Positions 9,891 to 23,816 are shown, counted from the first letter of the stretch. The stretch: 64,000 nt of DNA from an uncultured Endomicrobiia bacterium (GCA_937928765.1 CALFVX010000004.1:15799-79798); one strand, 5' to 3'. Notes: generated by a model from the sequence alone, not told the origin. Numbers and translations: made by a program.

Positions 9891-11282
9891 ATGGAAGAAA
9901 TAATACAAAAAATATCTAACGCAGTGGAATATAAAGATGAAGTAGTAAAAATAAAAAATATAAATTTATTAAGAGAAAAAATAATTGATGATTTAGTAAT
10001 AAAAGCTGTGTTTGGTAAAACAGATGAAGAAAAAAGTTTTTGTCGTTTATTAATTCGTAAAATTGCCCAAGAATTAAATTTAGGTCCTGCAAGTATTTAT
10101 GATCTATATGTTGCAATAGGCAAAGGTGAAGTTAACGGTTTTACAGTTCCTGCTATAAATGTTCGTGGTATGGCTTATGATACTGCGAAGGTAATTTTTC
10201 GTGCTGCAAAAGAACTTAATGTAGGAGCTTTGATTTTAGAAATAGCAAGGTCTGAGATGGGATACACAAACCAACCAGCAGATGAATATTCTGCTGTAAT
10301 TTTAGCTGCAGCTATTAAAGAAGGTTATGAATTGCCTGTTTTTATTCAAGGAGATCATTTTCAAGTTAATTTAAAGAAATATAAAGAAAATCCAAAAAAA
10401 GAACTAGATAGTATTAAAGAATTAATAAAAAATTCTATCAATGCAGGATTTTATAATATAGATCTTGATACCTCAACTTTAGTTGATGAATCAAAACCTA
10501 CTTTAGATGAACAACAGAAAGAAAATTATACTATTGCAGCAGAACTTACAAAGTATATACGAAATATTCAACCACAAGGAATAGAAATAAATCTCGGTGG
10601 TGAGATTGGCGAAATCGGGACAAAAAATTCTACACAGGAAGAACTAATAGCTTACATGGAAGGATACAAAAAATTAATAAGTTCTTCTATTAAATGTATT
10701 ACTAAACTTGCAATACAGACAGGAACAACTCATGGTGGTGTTCCTCTTGCTGATGGCACTATCGCAAAAGTTAAAATTGATTTTGATACAATAGAAAAGC
10801 TTACTGAAGTTGCAAGGAAAAAATATAATCTTGCAGGATGTGTACAACACGGAGCTTCAACATTACCAGCAGAACTTTTTGACAAGTTTCCTAAAGTAGG
10901 CACTTTGGAGATACATTTAGCAACAGAATTTCAGAATATGATTTTTGACAATTCTAAATTTCCACAAGAGTTAAAAAAGCAGATATATAACTGGTTGTTT
11001 GAAAATTGCAAAGATGAAAGAAAACCGCAGGATACAGATCAGCAATTTATATATAAAACAAGAAAAAAAGCATTAGGAGCGTTTAAAAAAGAATTGTGGA
11101 ACTTACCATCTGATGTTAAAGAAAGTATTAGTAATGAATTACAGAAAAAATTTGAATTTTTATTTGACAAATTAAATGTTAGAGATACAAAAGATATAGT
11201 AAAAAAATATATAAAACCAATAAAGATAAAGATATCTTCTTTAATAGCGAAAAAAGAAGAACAATTTGAAGGATCAGATTAA
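9891..11282 (+). CDS. fba: Class II fructose/ketose-bisphosphate aldolase family protein (long form)
   Basis: GFTVPAINVRG, QGDH, TTHGG and QHGAST motifs. ATG at 9891 follows an AAGGAG RBS; the track ORF starts at TTG 9882. Confidence 0.75.
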   Translation: MEEIIQKISNAVEYKDEVVKIKNINLLREKIIDDLVIKAVFGKTDEEKSFCRLLIRKIAQELNLGPASIYDLYVAIGKGEVNGFTVPAINVRGMAYDTAKVIFRAAKELNVGALILEIARSEMGYTNQPADEYSAVILAAAIKEGYELPVFIQGDHFQVNLKKYKENPKKELDSIKELIKNSINAGFYNIDLDTSTLVDESKPTLDEQQKENYTIAAELTKYIRNIQPQGIEINLGGEIGEIGTKNSTQEELIAYMEGYKKLISSSIKCITKLAIQTGTTHGGVPLADGTIAKVKIDFDTIEKLTEVARKKYNLAGCVQHGASTLPAELFDKFPKVGTLEIHLATEFQNMIFDNSKFPQELKKQIYNWLFENCKDERKPQDTDQQFIYKTRKKALGAFKKELWNLPSDVKESISNELQKKFEFLFDKLNVRDTKDIVKKYIKPIKIKISSLIAKKEEQFEGSD

Positions 11283-11302
11283 AGTTATTAAAGTTTAAAA
11301 GA

Positions 11303-11551
11303 GTGAGTTTAATTATAAAGAAGATGAGATTTTTTGACAATATTGGTAAATTATTAATCTTTTGTGGAATTATTTTAGTATTTTTAGGTATAATTATAAT
11401 TTTTTTTGAAAAGATACCTTATTTTGGTAAACTTCCAGGAGATATTTATATAAAAAGAAAAAATTTTGTGTTTTATTTTCCAGTTGTAACCTCTTTGATT
11501 TTAAGTTTAATAATTACTATAATAATAAACTTACTCATCAGGAGAAAATAA
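11303..11551 (+). CDS. DUF2905-type small membrane protein
   Basis: GKLPGDIYIKRKNFVFYFP signature and two TM segments. ATG 11324 is an alternative start. Confidence 0.7.
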   Translation: MSLIIKKMRFFDNIGKLLIFCGIILVFLGIIIIFFEKIPYFGKLPGDIYIKRKNFVFYFPVVTSLILSLIITIIINLLIRRK

Positions 11552-11556
11552 GTATT

Positions 11557-12705
11557 TTGTTAAATAAAAAGTTTTTTTTATTTACAATTTTTTTAAATTT
11601 ATTGTATGTTAAAATTTTCTGTGATACATATCTCGTAAGAGTTGGTATATTAAAAGATGTTAAAAGTTTTGAATTAAGCACATATAAGAAACAACTTGTT
11701 ATTGTAAAATCTTTAAGTGGTAAAATATCAACTTTAAAATTAAAAGATAAAACAGAGGTTTATTTATCAGAAGAAAATAATAAAATTAAAATTTCAAATA
11801 GATATTATACTCTTCCTGTAAAAATTTCTTCTGAAGGAAAATTAAAAATTAATGGTAATATTTATCCTCAAGAAATAGAAATTTTCTCACAAGATAAAAA
11901 AACTTTAACTGTTGTAAATGTTTTAGATATTGAAACATATTTATATGGTGTGGTTCCTTATGAGGTAGACACAAGCTGGAATGATGAAATGTTGAAGGTG
12001 CAGGCTATAATTGCAAGAACTTATACATTAGCTAATTTTGGCAGACACAAAAATGATGGTTATGATTTATGTTCTAATGTTCATTGTCAAGTTTATAAAG
12101 GAATAAATGAAAAGATGTTTACAAAAGTTAAAGAAGCTGTTGATTCTACTAGAGGATTAGTGATAGTTGATGATAAAGATAATCCTATACAAGCGTATTA
12201 TCATGCTGCTTGTGGTGCAGACGGGACAGAAAATGTTGTAGATATTTGGCAAGGTGTAAAAAGTTTTAATTATTTATCTGGAGTAAAATGTGATTATTGT
12301 AAAGATTCTCCTTATTACAACTGGAGATATCAGATTTCACAAGAAGAAATAATAAAGAGATTAAAAATTTATTTAGTTGATTTAAAAGGTAGAATCAAAA
12401 ATATTAAAATAATATCTACTACAAAAACTAAAAGAGCAAGAGAACTTGAATTTGTAACTTATAATTTTAATTTTAAAATTAAAGCCGAAGACTTAAGAAA
12501 AAGTTTAGGATATAACAATATTAAAAGTACAAAAATTATTAAAATAGAAGTAAATAATGAATATATAACTTTTTATGGTCGTGGTTGGGGACATGCAGTA
12601 GGATTATGTCAATGGGGAGCAAATAATATGTCTAAAAAAGATTACAAGTTTGACAAGATAATTAAACATTATTATCCTCATACTAAAATTAAAAAGTTTT
12701 ATTAA
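11557..12705 (+). CDS. SpoIID/LytB domain protein (cell-wall amidase enhancer family)
   Basis: YLYGVVPYEV, LKVQAIIARTY and CSNVHCQVYKG motifs. Signal peptide. Confidence 0.8.
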   Translation: MLNKKFFLFTIFLNLLYVKIFCDTYLVRVGILKDVKSFELSTYKKQLVIVKSLSGKISTLKLKDKTEVYLSEENNKIKISNRYYTLPVKISSEGKLKINGNIYPQEIEIFSQDKKTLTVVNVLDIETYLYGVVPYEVDTSWNDEMLKVQAIIARTYTLANFGRHKNDGYDLCSNVHCQVYKGINEKMFTKVKEAVDSTRGLVIVDDKDNPIQAYYHAACGADGTENVVDIWQGVKSFNYLSGVKCDYCKDSPYYNWRYQISQEEIIKRLKIYLVDLKGRIKNIKIISTTKTKRARELEFVTYNFNFKIKAEDLRKSLGYNNIKSTKIIKIEVNNEYITFYGRGWGHAVGLCQWGANNMSKKDYKFDKIIKHYYPHTKIKKFY

Positions 12706-12750
12706 TTATCAAACTAAAAAAATCTTATCTTTAAAAAATCTTATTAAATT

Positions 12751-13796
12751 ATGGAGCACGAATTTGATAGTATTTTTTACAATTTTGATTTACCAAAAGA
12801 ATTAATTGCTCAAACACCAGCTCAGAAACGTTCTGAATCAAAATTATTTTTATATAAAAGATCTAATCAAGAAATTAAGCATTTAAAGTTTAAAGATATA
12901 GTAGAAATATTAGACAACAGATACTGTATTGTTTTAAACAATACTAAAGTTGAAAAAAGAAAAATAATTTGTAGAAAACACACTGGTGCTGAAATTCCAA
13001 TATTAATAACTCAATACAAAGATAATTTATTAAAATGCATCTCCTACAAAAACATAAAAACAAATCAAAGATTGATACTTCCAGAAAATATTGAATGTAT
13101 AGTAATAAATAAAGATTATGAAACAAAAGAAATTTTTTTAGAAGGAAGTTTTACAAAACAGAAAATAAAACATTTAATTGATAAATATGGATTATCTCCA
13201 TTACCTCCTTACATTAAAAGAAAAAAACACCAAATAAAACTTAATGAAATAGATAAGGAAAGATATCAAACAATTTATGCAGAAAAAGAAGGTTCTTTAG
13301 CAGCACCTACTGCAGGCTTCCATTTTGATGAAGAAATTTTATCAAAATTAATAGAAAAAGGTATAGAAATTTTGTATATAACTTTAAATATAGGTATATC
13401 TACTTTTAAACCTATCAAAACCAAAAATATTTTGGAACATAAAATTTTTCCTGAATATGCAGAAATTACCGAACATACAGCCCAAAAAATTAATAAATTA
13501 ATATCTGACGGAAAAAAAATTTTATGTGTTGGTACTACAGTTGTAAGAACTTTAGAATTTTTAATGACAAAATATAATAAAATAATCCCTTACAGTGGTG
13601 ATGTAGATATATATATATATCCTGGTTATAAGTTTAAGATTATCTCAGCAATGATAACAAACTTTCATTTGCCAAAATCTACAAATTTAGTATTAGTTTC
13701 TGCATTTGTTGGTAGAGAAAAACTTTTAAATCTTTATAAAGTAGCAATAGAAAATAAATATAGATTTTATTCCTATGGAGATGCGATGTTAATTTT

Positions 13797-13800
<4 letters not shown>
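12751..13800 (+). CDS. queA: S-adenosylmethionine:tRNA ribosyltransferase-isomerase
   Basis: FDLPKELIAQTPA, PLPPYIKR, AAPTAGFHF, GTTVVRTLE and TNFHLPKST motifs. Confidence 0.9.
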
Positions 13801-16758
<2,958 letters not shown>

Positions 16759-16826
16759 TATGTTCATTTATTAATTTTTTTCTATTTTGAAAGAAAAAAT
16801 TTTATTTTTTTAAATTTTATATAAAA

Positions 16827-17819
16827 ATGGAGAATATAGATAAACAAAAATTAATAAAAATAATAGATAGATTTAAAGACAAAAAGATTCTTGTTGTAGG
16901 CGATGTGATGCTGGATAAATACATTTGGGGCAATGTAGATAGAATTTCTCCTGAAGCGCCAGTTCCTGTGGTTGAAGTTGTAAAAGAAACGCAAAGCTTA
17001 GGTGGTTGTGGTAATGTTGCACATAATGTTACTTCTGTAGGTGCTAATTCTTATATCGTCACACTTGTAGGGAATGACAGTTATTCTGAAGAATTAAAGC
17101 TAATGTTAAAACAAAGAAATGTTAACATAGATGGAGTTTTTATAGATAATTTCAGGCCAACAACTGTAAAAACAAGAATTATTGCTCATAACCAACAAGT
17201 TGTTAGAGTAGATAAAGAAAACAGAATGCAGATAACACCACATATTTTTGAAAAAATAAAATCGTATATAGAAGAGATTAAAGATAAAATTGATGCGATA
17301 ATTATTTCAGATTATGGTAAAGGTGTTATAACAAAAAGTTTATTATCATATTTGATAAATTTATCAAAAAAGTTAGATATACCAATCACTGTTGATCCTA
17401 AAATTGAACATTTTATGGAATACAAAAAAGTCACAACACTTACTCCAAATTTAAACGAGGCAACTTTAGGTATGAGATTAACAAAAAAACCTAAGACAGA
17501 AAAAGAACTTTATGATTTGGGAAAGAAAATATTAAAAAAATTATCGCCACAAGCTTTAGTTATTACTCGTGGTTCTGACGGTATGACTTTGTTTGAGAAA
17601 GAAAAAGTTTATCATATACCTACACGAGCAAAAGAGGTGTATGATGTTACAGGTGCAGGAGATACTGTTATTGCTATACTTACTTTATGTTTATCAACAA
17701 AAGCAGACTTTGTTTCTTCTTGCGAAATATCAAACTTTGCTGCAGGTATTGTGGTAGGCAAGATTGGTACTGCAACTGTTTCTAAAGAAGAATTAATAAA
17801 TACTATTAAAGAATTTTAA
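16827..17819 (+). CDS. hldA: D-glycero-beta-D-manno-heptose-7-phosphate kinase (RfaE domain I / HldA, PfkB family)
   Basis: ILVVGDVMLDKYIWGNVDRISPEAPVPVVEV signature and DVTGAGDT PfkB motif. Confidence 0.78.
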   Translation: MENIDKQKLIKIIDRFKDKKILVVGDVMLDKYIWGNVDRISPEAPVPVVEVVKETQSLGGCGNVAHNVTSVGANSYIVTLVGNDSYSEELKLMLKQRNVNIDGVFIDNFRPTTVKTRIIAHNQQVVRVDKENRMQITPHIFEKIKSYIEEIKDKIDAIIISDYGKGVITKSLLSYLINLSKKLDIPITVDPKIEHFMEYKKVTTLTPNLNEATLGMRLTKKPKTEKELYDLGKKILKKLSPQALVITRGSDGMTLFEKEKVYHIPTRAKEVYDVTGAGDTVIAILTLCLSTKADFVSSCEISNFAAGIVVGKIGTATVSKEELINTIKEF

Positions 17820-17828
17820 AATAAAGCT

Positions 17829-19235
17829 ATGATATCAATAATTTTGGCAGGTGGTGCAGGTACACGACTTTGGCCTTTGTCAAGAAAATATTGGCCAAAA
17901 TTTTTGCTAAAACTTGCAGATGATAAATTTTCATTGCTTCAAAAGACATTTCTTCGAGTAAAAGAGTTTTCTTCTTTAGAAAAAATTTTTATTGTTGTAA
18001 ATAAAGAACATAAATTTTTAGTAAAAGAAAATATTCAGGATTTAAAAATAAACTTTCCTTTAGAAAATATTATTACAGAACCCGAGATAAGAAATACACT
18101 ACCTGCTGTGACGCTAGGATGTGAAATTGTGAAGAATAAATATCCTAAAGAAAAAATTGTAGGAATTTTTCCTTCTGACCATATAATTAAACCAAACAAA
18201 AGATTCAAAAATTACATAGAAGAAGCCAAAAGGGTTGCATTAAAAGAAAATATCATACTTTTTGGTATTAAACCTACGAGAGTTGAATCAGGTTATGGAC
18301 ATATTAAAATTAGGAAAGATTCAAAATATGAATTTGAAAATTTTTATAAAGTTGAAAGTTTTATAGAGAAACCAGAATTTAATGTTGCAAAAAAACTTTT
18401 AAAATCTTCTGATATTTATTGGAACAGTGGAATTTTTGTTTTTCATATTGACACATTTTTCGATGAGTTAAAAATATATCAACCTTATATATATGAACTA
18501 CTTGTTAATTCTGCTTATAAAAGTGAAGATTTAAAAAATATTTATGAAAAAATAACCCCTTTGTCAATTGATAAAGGATTAATAGAAAAAACAAAGAAAC
18601 TTTTATTTATACCTTTGGAAAACATTTTTTGGGATGATTTAGGAAGCTGGGGTTCTTTGGAGAGAATTTATAAAAAAGATGAAAATAACAATATAATATT
18701 TGGTAAAAATATAGATATAAGCAGTAAAAATATCAAAGTTTTAGGAAGTGACAAAAGATTAATTGCAACCTGTGGTTTAGAAAATTTAATAATAGTTGAT
18801 ACAGAAGATGCACTTTTGGTTTTAAACAAAAATTATGACCAAAAAGTTAAAGATATTGTAGAAAAAATTGTTGATGAAACAAAACTTTATCATAAAACAG
18901 TTCAACGTCCATGGGGATTTTATACTGTATTAAAACAATCTGATGGATATAAAATTAAAATAATAAATGTTTTACCTCAAAAACGGCTAAGTTTACAAAA
19001 ACATAAAAAACGTGCTGAACAATGGTTTGTTGTATGTGGTGTTGCAAAAATTTTTTGTAAAGATAAATTTTTATATTTAAGAAAAGGAGAAACTTTGAAA
19101 ATAGAAAAAAATATGCCACATAGGTTAGAAAACCCGTCAAAAAAACAAATTCTTGAGATAGTTGAGGTAGGATATGGCAGTTATCTTGGTGAGGATGATA
19201 TAATTCGTCTTGAAGATGATTTTAAGAGGAAATAA
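17829..19235 (+). CDS. manC: Mannose-1-phosphate guanylyltransferase / mannose-6-phosphate isomerase (bifunctional, cupin C-terminus)
   Basis: ILAGGAGTRLWPLSR N-terminus and C-terminal cupin (RPWG.Y..L....YK.K...V.P...LSLQKH..R.E.W). Confidence 0.87.
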   Translation: MISIILAGGAGTRLWPLSRKYWPKFLLKLADDKFSLLQKTFLRVKEFSSLEKIFIVVNKEHKFLVKENIQDLKINFPLENIITEPEIRNTLPAVTLGCEIVKNKYPKEKIVGIFPSDHIIKPNKRFKNYIEEAKRVALKENIILFGIKPTRVESGYGHIKIRKDSKYEFENFYKVESFIEKPEFNVAKKLLKSSDIYWNSGIFVFHIDTFFDELKIYQPYIYELLVNSAYKSEDLKNIYEKITPLSIDKGLIEKTKKLLFIPLENIFWDDLGSWGSLERIYKKDENNNIIFGKNIDISSKNIKVLGSDKRLIATCGLENLIIVDTEDALLVLNKNYDQKVKDIVEKIVDETKLYHKTVQRPWGFYTVLKQSDGYKIKIINVLPQKRLSLQKHKKRAEQWFVVCGVAKIFCKDKFLYLRKGETLKIEKNMPHRLENPSKKQILEIVEVGYGSYLGEDDIIRLEDDFKRK

Positions 19236-19255
19236 TATTATTAAGAGATAATCAA

Positions 19256-20872
19256 ATGGCAATTTATATCTTTTTAGTTTTAATAATTTTTATTTTAGGA
19301 TATATTTTTTATGGCAAATTTTTAGAAAAAACTTTACAGATTAAATTTGATGAAGAAGTTCCATCAAAAAAGTTTTATGATGGTATAGATTTTATTCCAA
19401 CAAACAAATTTGTCCTTTTAGGTCATCATTTTTCTTCTATTGCAGGTGCAGGACCAATAGTAGGACCAATTTTAGCAGGTGTTTCTTTTGGTTGGTTGCC
19501 AGCATTATTATGGATTGTTTTAGGTACAATTTTTATTGGTTCAGCGCATGATTTTTATTCTCTTGTGATATCACTTCGTCATCAAGGATGGTCTGTTGCA
19601 CAGGTTGCAGATAAGTATATAAACAAAAAAACATATAAAATATTTTTGTTATTTATATGGTTAGCATTAGTTTATGTTATAGCAGTTTTTACAGATCTTG
19701 CTTCAGAAACTTTTAAATCAGAACCTTCTGTGGCACAAATTAGTATATTCTATATAATTTTAGCTATACTTTTTGGTATTTTGTTTTATAGAATAAAATT
19801 TTCTTTGTTTTTTTCAACAATTTTTTGTTTGATTTTAATTATAATTGGAATTTCTTTTAGCATCAAAAACAATTTTTTAGTTTTTGATAAAACCACCTGG
19901 ATATGGATACTTTTGATATATAGTTTTTTGGCGTCAATACTTCCGGTATGGCTACTTTTACAACCACGTGATTATTTGTCGAGTTATCTTTTATATTTTA
20001 TATTAATTTTAGGTTTGTTAGGATTAATTTTTGGTAAAAATGAAATCACATATCCATATTTTGTAAGTTTTAATTCAAAATCAATAGGACCTGTTATACC
20101 GTTTATGTTTATAACAATAGCTTGTGGAGCGATATCAGGATTTCATTCACTTATTTCTTCTGGGACTACTTCTAAACAACTTGATAACATTAAGAATGCA
20201 AAATTTATTTCCTATGGTGGGGTGATTTTAGAAGGTATAGTTGCTGTGATATCACTTTCTACTGTTATGATTTTGTCAAAAAATTTGCAAATTTCTTCTC
20301 CACAACAGATTTATGCTTTAGGGATCTCTAAATTTGCAAGTGTAGTAGGTATAAATCCCGAGTTTGGTAAAATTGTAGGATATCTTGCAATCTCAGCATT
20401 TATTCTCACAACACTTGATACTGCAACAAGAATATCAAGATATTTATTTCAAGAAATTACTAAAAAAGTTGAAAGTTCAATAATAATAAGAATAATTGCA
20501 ACTTTGATATCATTAGTCCTACCAGTTATATTGTTGAATTTTAAATTACATGATTTAAATGGCAATATAGTTGCATGCTGGAAGATTGTATGGCCATTGT
20601 TTGGTATAACAAATCAACTTCTTGCAGGTTTGGTATTTTTAGTAATATATGTTTGGGTAAGAAGAAAAAATTATAAAAACTTTTTGGTAATTTTTTTACC
20701 AATGATTTTTATGCTAACGATGACATTACTTGCTTTAGGATATACTTTGTATGTTAAAATTTTTCAGTTTGGAAAGATTGATGTAATAACAATTTCTGCG
20801 TCTGTATTATTTTTGTTGTCTTTGTTTGTAATATTTGAATCTTCTGCAACATTTAGAAGTAAAAAAAATTAA
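19256..20872 (+). CDS. cstA: Carbon starvation protein A family peptide/pyruvate transporter
   Basis: Polytopic membrane protein with HHFSSIAGAGPIVGPILA signature. Confidence 0.87.
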   Translation: MAIYIFLVLIIFILGYIFYGKFLEKTLQIKFDEEVPSKKFYDGIDFIPTNKFVLLGHHFSSIAGAGPIVGPILAGVSFGWLPALLWIVLGTIFIGSAHDFYSLVISLRHQGWSVAQVADKYINKKTYKIFLLFIWLALVYVIAVFTDLASETFKSEPSVAQISIFYIILAILFGILFYRIKFSLFFSTIFCLILIIIGISFSIKNNFLVFDKTTWIWILLIYSFLASILPVWLLLQPRDYLSSYLLYFILILGLLGLIFGKNEITYPYFVSFNSKSIGPVIPFMFITIACGAISGFHSLISSGTTSKQLDNIKNAKFISYGGVILEGIVAVISLSTVMILSKNLQISSPQQIYALGISKFASVVGINPEFGKIVGYLAISAFILTTLDTATRISRYLFQEITKKVESSIIIRIIATLISLVLPVILLNFKLHDLNGNIVACWKIVWPLFGITNQLLAGLVFLVIYVWVRRKNYKNFLVIFLPMIFMLTMTLLALGYTLYVKIFQFGKIDVITISASVLFLLSLFVIFESSATFRSKKN

Positions 20873-20928
20873 TAAAGATAAAGTTTTTAGATTATATTAG
20901 ATTTTTGTTTGTTGGAAAAGTTTTGTTT

Positions 20929-21001
20929 TGTCCCCGGCGAGAGTCGAACTCGCAACCTACGGATTAAGAGTCCGCTGCTCTACCAGTTGAGCTACGGGGA
21001 C
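20929..21001 (-). tRNA. tRNA-Lys (anticodon CUU), no encoded CCA
   Basis: Hand-folded cloverleaf: acceptor GTCCCCG/CGGGGAC, D arm GCTC-AACTGGTA-GAGC, anticodon arm GCGGA-CTCTTAA-TCCGT, T arm GCGAG-TTCGACT-CTCGC, discriminator A. Confidence 0.9.
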
Positions 21002-21156
21002 AACAGAATTTTTGATTTCAGAGTTGTTAACAAGGAATATTTCAAATAATACAATAATTGTGGTTAAAAATCAATATAATGCATCTTTTACAATATAAAA
21101 AATTTATTTTTTTATTGACAGAAAAATTTCTATTTGTAAAATTTGAATCTGACCTA

Positions 21157-21184
21157 TTGACAAAAATAATAACTTATTTATACT
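21157..21184 (+). promoter_or_regulatory. Candidate sigma70-type promoter of nrdJ
   Basis: TTGACA (21157-21162), 16-nt spacer, TATACT (21179-21184). A second candidate is TTGACA 21115-21120 with TAAAAT 21137-21142. Confidence 0.45.
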
Positions 21185-21195
21185 ATATATTGTAG
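21180..21195 (+). promoter_or_regulatory. NrdR-box-like operator 1, overlapping the -10
   Basis: atactatatattgtag matches 13 of 16 positions of the published NrdR consensus acaCwAtATaTwGtgt. Confidence 0.5.
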
Positions 21196-21210
21196 TTACA
21201 ATTTTAATAA

Positions 21211-21226
21211 ATACAATATATAGATA
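21211..21226 (+). promoter_or_regulatory. NrdR-box-like operator 2
   Basis: atacaatatatagata matches 12 of 16 positions. Its start is 31 bp from box 1, the usual tandem NrdR spacing (about 3 helical turns). Confidence 0.5.
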
Positions 21227-21253
21227 AATTTTAACTTCTAAGGAGGTGTTTTT

Positions 21254-23656
21254 ATGGCAATAAACATCACTCCACAAGAAATAAAAAAAGAGTCTTTTCA
21301 GTCTTCTTCTTATGAAAATATTGATAATGTCTTTATTAATATAAATGAAAAAACAATTTATGAAAATAACATTGATGGTAAAGTAGATTATCAAGTGGAT
21401 ATTAATATAAAACCTTCAATAACTAATAACGCGTTAGTAGTTTTAGAAAAAAGATATTTAAAGAAAGATGAGCAGGGAAATATAATAGAGTCAGCTGAGG
21501 ATTTATTTAGACGTGTAGCAAAAGCTATCTCTGAGATTGATAAAAAATATGGAGATAATTCTGAAGAATCTTATGCTAAATTTTATGAAATAATGGCAAA
21601 ACTTGAATTTTTGCCAAACTCGCCAACACTTATGAATGCTGGCACATCCTTTCAACAACTTTCTGCATGTTTTGTTTTACCTGTGGAAGATTCAATGGAG
21701 TCAATTTTTGAGACATTAAAATATGCTGCGTTGATACACAAAACAGGTGGTGGAACAGGTTTTTCATTTTCGCATCTTCGTCCGGCAAATGATGTTGTAA
21801 AAAGTACCTCTGGGGTATCTTCAGGACCCATATCATTTATGAAAGTATACAATGCTGCAACTGAAGCTATAAAACAAGGTGGGCGTCGTCGTGGAGCTAA
21901 TATGGGAATTTTAAGGATTGATCATCCTGATATAATTGAGTTTATAAAATGTAAAGAAAAAGAAGGTGAAATTTCAAATTTTAACATTTCAGTGGCAATT
22001 ACTGAAGATTTTATGAAAAAATTGGAGAAAGATGAGGAATATGAACTTATAAATCCTAGGACAAAACAAGTTGTAAAAAAACTCAAAACAAAAGAAGTAT
22101 TTGATTTAATTGTAGAACATGCATGGCTTAATGGTGAACCTGGTGTAATTTTCATTGATACTATAAATAAATATAATCCTACTCCGGAAATTGGAGAGAT
22201 AGAATCAACAAATCCTTGTGGAGAACAACCACTTTTGCCTTACGAATCATGTAATTTGGGTTCAATAAATCTTGGAAAGATGATAAAATCTGAAGAAGGA
22301 CATTGTGATATTGATTGGGACAGGTTAAGATATGTTACGCAACAGGCAGTACATTTTTTAGATAATGTTATTGATGCGAATCAATATCCAGTAGAAAAAA
22401 TTAGAGAGATGACTTTAGCGAATAGAAAAATAGGCTTAGGTGTGATGGGTTGGGCAGATATGTTGTTTCAATTAAGAATTTCTTATAACTCTAAAGAAGC
22501 AGTTAGCTTAGCAGAAAAAGTTATGGGTTTTATTAAAAAAGTAGCCACCGAGACTTCAGAACAACTTGCCCAAAAACGCGGTTCTTTTCCTAATTTTGAA
22601 AAAAGCGTTTTTAAAAATACAAAACCTAGACGTAATGCTACATTAACTACTATTGCTCCTACAGGATCTATTGGTATTATAGCAAATGCTTCAACTGGGA
22701 TTGAACCAGTTTTTGCATTAGCATATATAAGAAAAAACATTTTAGGTGGTGAAGAATTGTTTGAGATAAATCCTTATTTTAAACAAGCTTTGATAAAAGA
22801 AGGACTTTATTCTGAAAGTCTAATACAAGAAATTATACAGAAAGGCAGTTTAAAAGATATAAAAGGTATACCTGAATCTTTTAGGAAAATATTTGTTACA
22901 GCTATGGATATACCACCTGAGATGCATATTCGTATGCAAGCAGCATTTCAAAAATATGTTGACAATGCTGTATCAAAAACTATAAATTTACCAAGTTCTG
23001 CTACAAAAGAAGATATTGCAAAAGTTTATCTTTTAGCATATAAACTTGGATTAAAAGGTGTAACAGTTTACAGGGACGGTTCAAGAAATATGCAAGTTTT
23101 AAATGTTGGGACATCTAAAAAATCACAACAACAAGAAAAAGTAAAGCCCGAACCAAGATTAAGACCAAGGATTGTTACAGGAAAAACAATAAAGATGGTA
23201 ACAGGTTGTGGTAATATGTATGTAACAATTAACGAAGATGAAATTGGTCCCTGTGAAGTTTTTACTTCGTTAGGTAAAAGTGGTGGCTGCACTTCATCTC
23301 AATCAGAAGCTATTGGTAGGTTAATTTCTTTAGCACTAAGAAGTGGTGTTAAACCAGAAAAAGTTGTAGAACAACTTAGAGGTATTCGTTGCCCATCGCC
23401 AGTTATATTTCAAGGCGAATCAATATTTTCTTGTGCAGATGCTTTATCTAAAGCATTAGAAATTTATGTTAAGGAAAAAGAAGTTCCTAATTTATTTGAT
23501 AGTATAAAAGAAAAAAATAAACAATATCTTAATTTAAGCATAAATAATGCTAATCATCTTGGTATAAACTCACAGTGTCCTGAATGTGGTGGTGTGTTGG
23601 AAATAGGAGAAGGATGTGCAACTTGTAGACGATGTGGATATTCAAAATGTTCATAA
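21254..23656 (+). CDS. nrdJ: Adenosylcobalamin-dependent (class II) ribonucleotide reductase with C-terminal 4-Cys zinc ribbon
   Basis: LPNSPTLMNAGT, SACFVL, NPCGEQPL, TIAPTGS and KTINLP motifs. Tail CPECGG...CATCRRCG. Confidence 0.9.
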   Translation: MAINITPQEIKKESFQSSSYENIDNVFININEKTIYENNIDGKVDYQVDINIKPSITNNALVVLEKRYLKKDEQGNIIESAEDLFRRVAKAISEIDKKYGDNSEESYAKFYEIMAKLEFLPNSPTLMNAGTSFQQLSACFVLPVEDSMESIFETLKYAALIHKTGGGTGFSFSHLRPANDVVKSTSGVSSGPISFMKVYNAATEAIKQGGRRRGANMGILRIDHPDIIEFIKCKEKEGEISNFNISVAITEDFMKKLEKDEEYELINPRTKQVVKKLKTKEVFDLIVEHAWLNGEPGVIFIDTINKYNPTPEIGEIESTNPCGEQPLLPYESCNLGSINLGKMIKSEEGHCDIDWDRLRYVTQQAVHFLDNVIDANQYPVEKIREMTLANRKIGLGVMGWADMLFQLRISYNSKEAVSLAEKVMGFIKKVATETSEQLAQKRGSFPNFEKSVFKNTKPRRNATLTTIAPTGSIGIIANASTGIEPVFALAYIRKNILGGEELFEINPYFKQALIKEGLYSESLIQEIIQKGSLKDIKGIPESFRKIFVTAMDIPPEMHIRMQAAFQKYVDNAVSKTINLPSSATKEDIAKVYLLAYKLGLKGVTVYRDGSRNMQVLNVGTSKKSQQQEKVKPEPRLRPRIVTGKTIKMVTGCGNMYVTINEDEIGPCEVFTSLGKSGGCTSSQSEAIGRLISLALRSGVKPEKVVEQLRGIRCPSPVIFQGESIFSCADALSKALEIYVKEKEVPNLFDSIKEKNKQYLNLSINNANHLGINSQCPECGGVLEIGEGCATCRRCGYSKCS

Positions 23657-23816
23657 TAATAAATGGACCTTTTCTTTTTTAAATTTTTTTATTTTCTTTC
23701 CAATTACTAGGTTTTTATGTGTTTTTAGGTTGTTATACCTTGAATTTTATTTTTTATTATTGTATTCAAAATTTTAATCCTAGATTTTAATAATTTCTTT
23801 CCTGAGGTTTTATCCT

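Noticed and set aside
20873-21110. tRNA-Lys as a possible integration hotspot (prophage or island boundary)
   Set aside because: There is no integrase, no repeat of the tRNA 3' end and no compositional break. The flanking genes (cstA, nrdJ) are ordinary.
21004-21253. Possible cobalamin riboswitch upstream of the B12-dependent nrdJ
   Set aside because: The leader is only about 70 nt from the best promoter, is almost pure A/T and has no B12-box-like GCCACUG core. The NrdR-type boxes explain the conserved-looking palindromic words.
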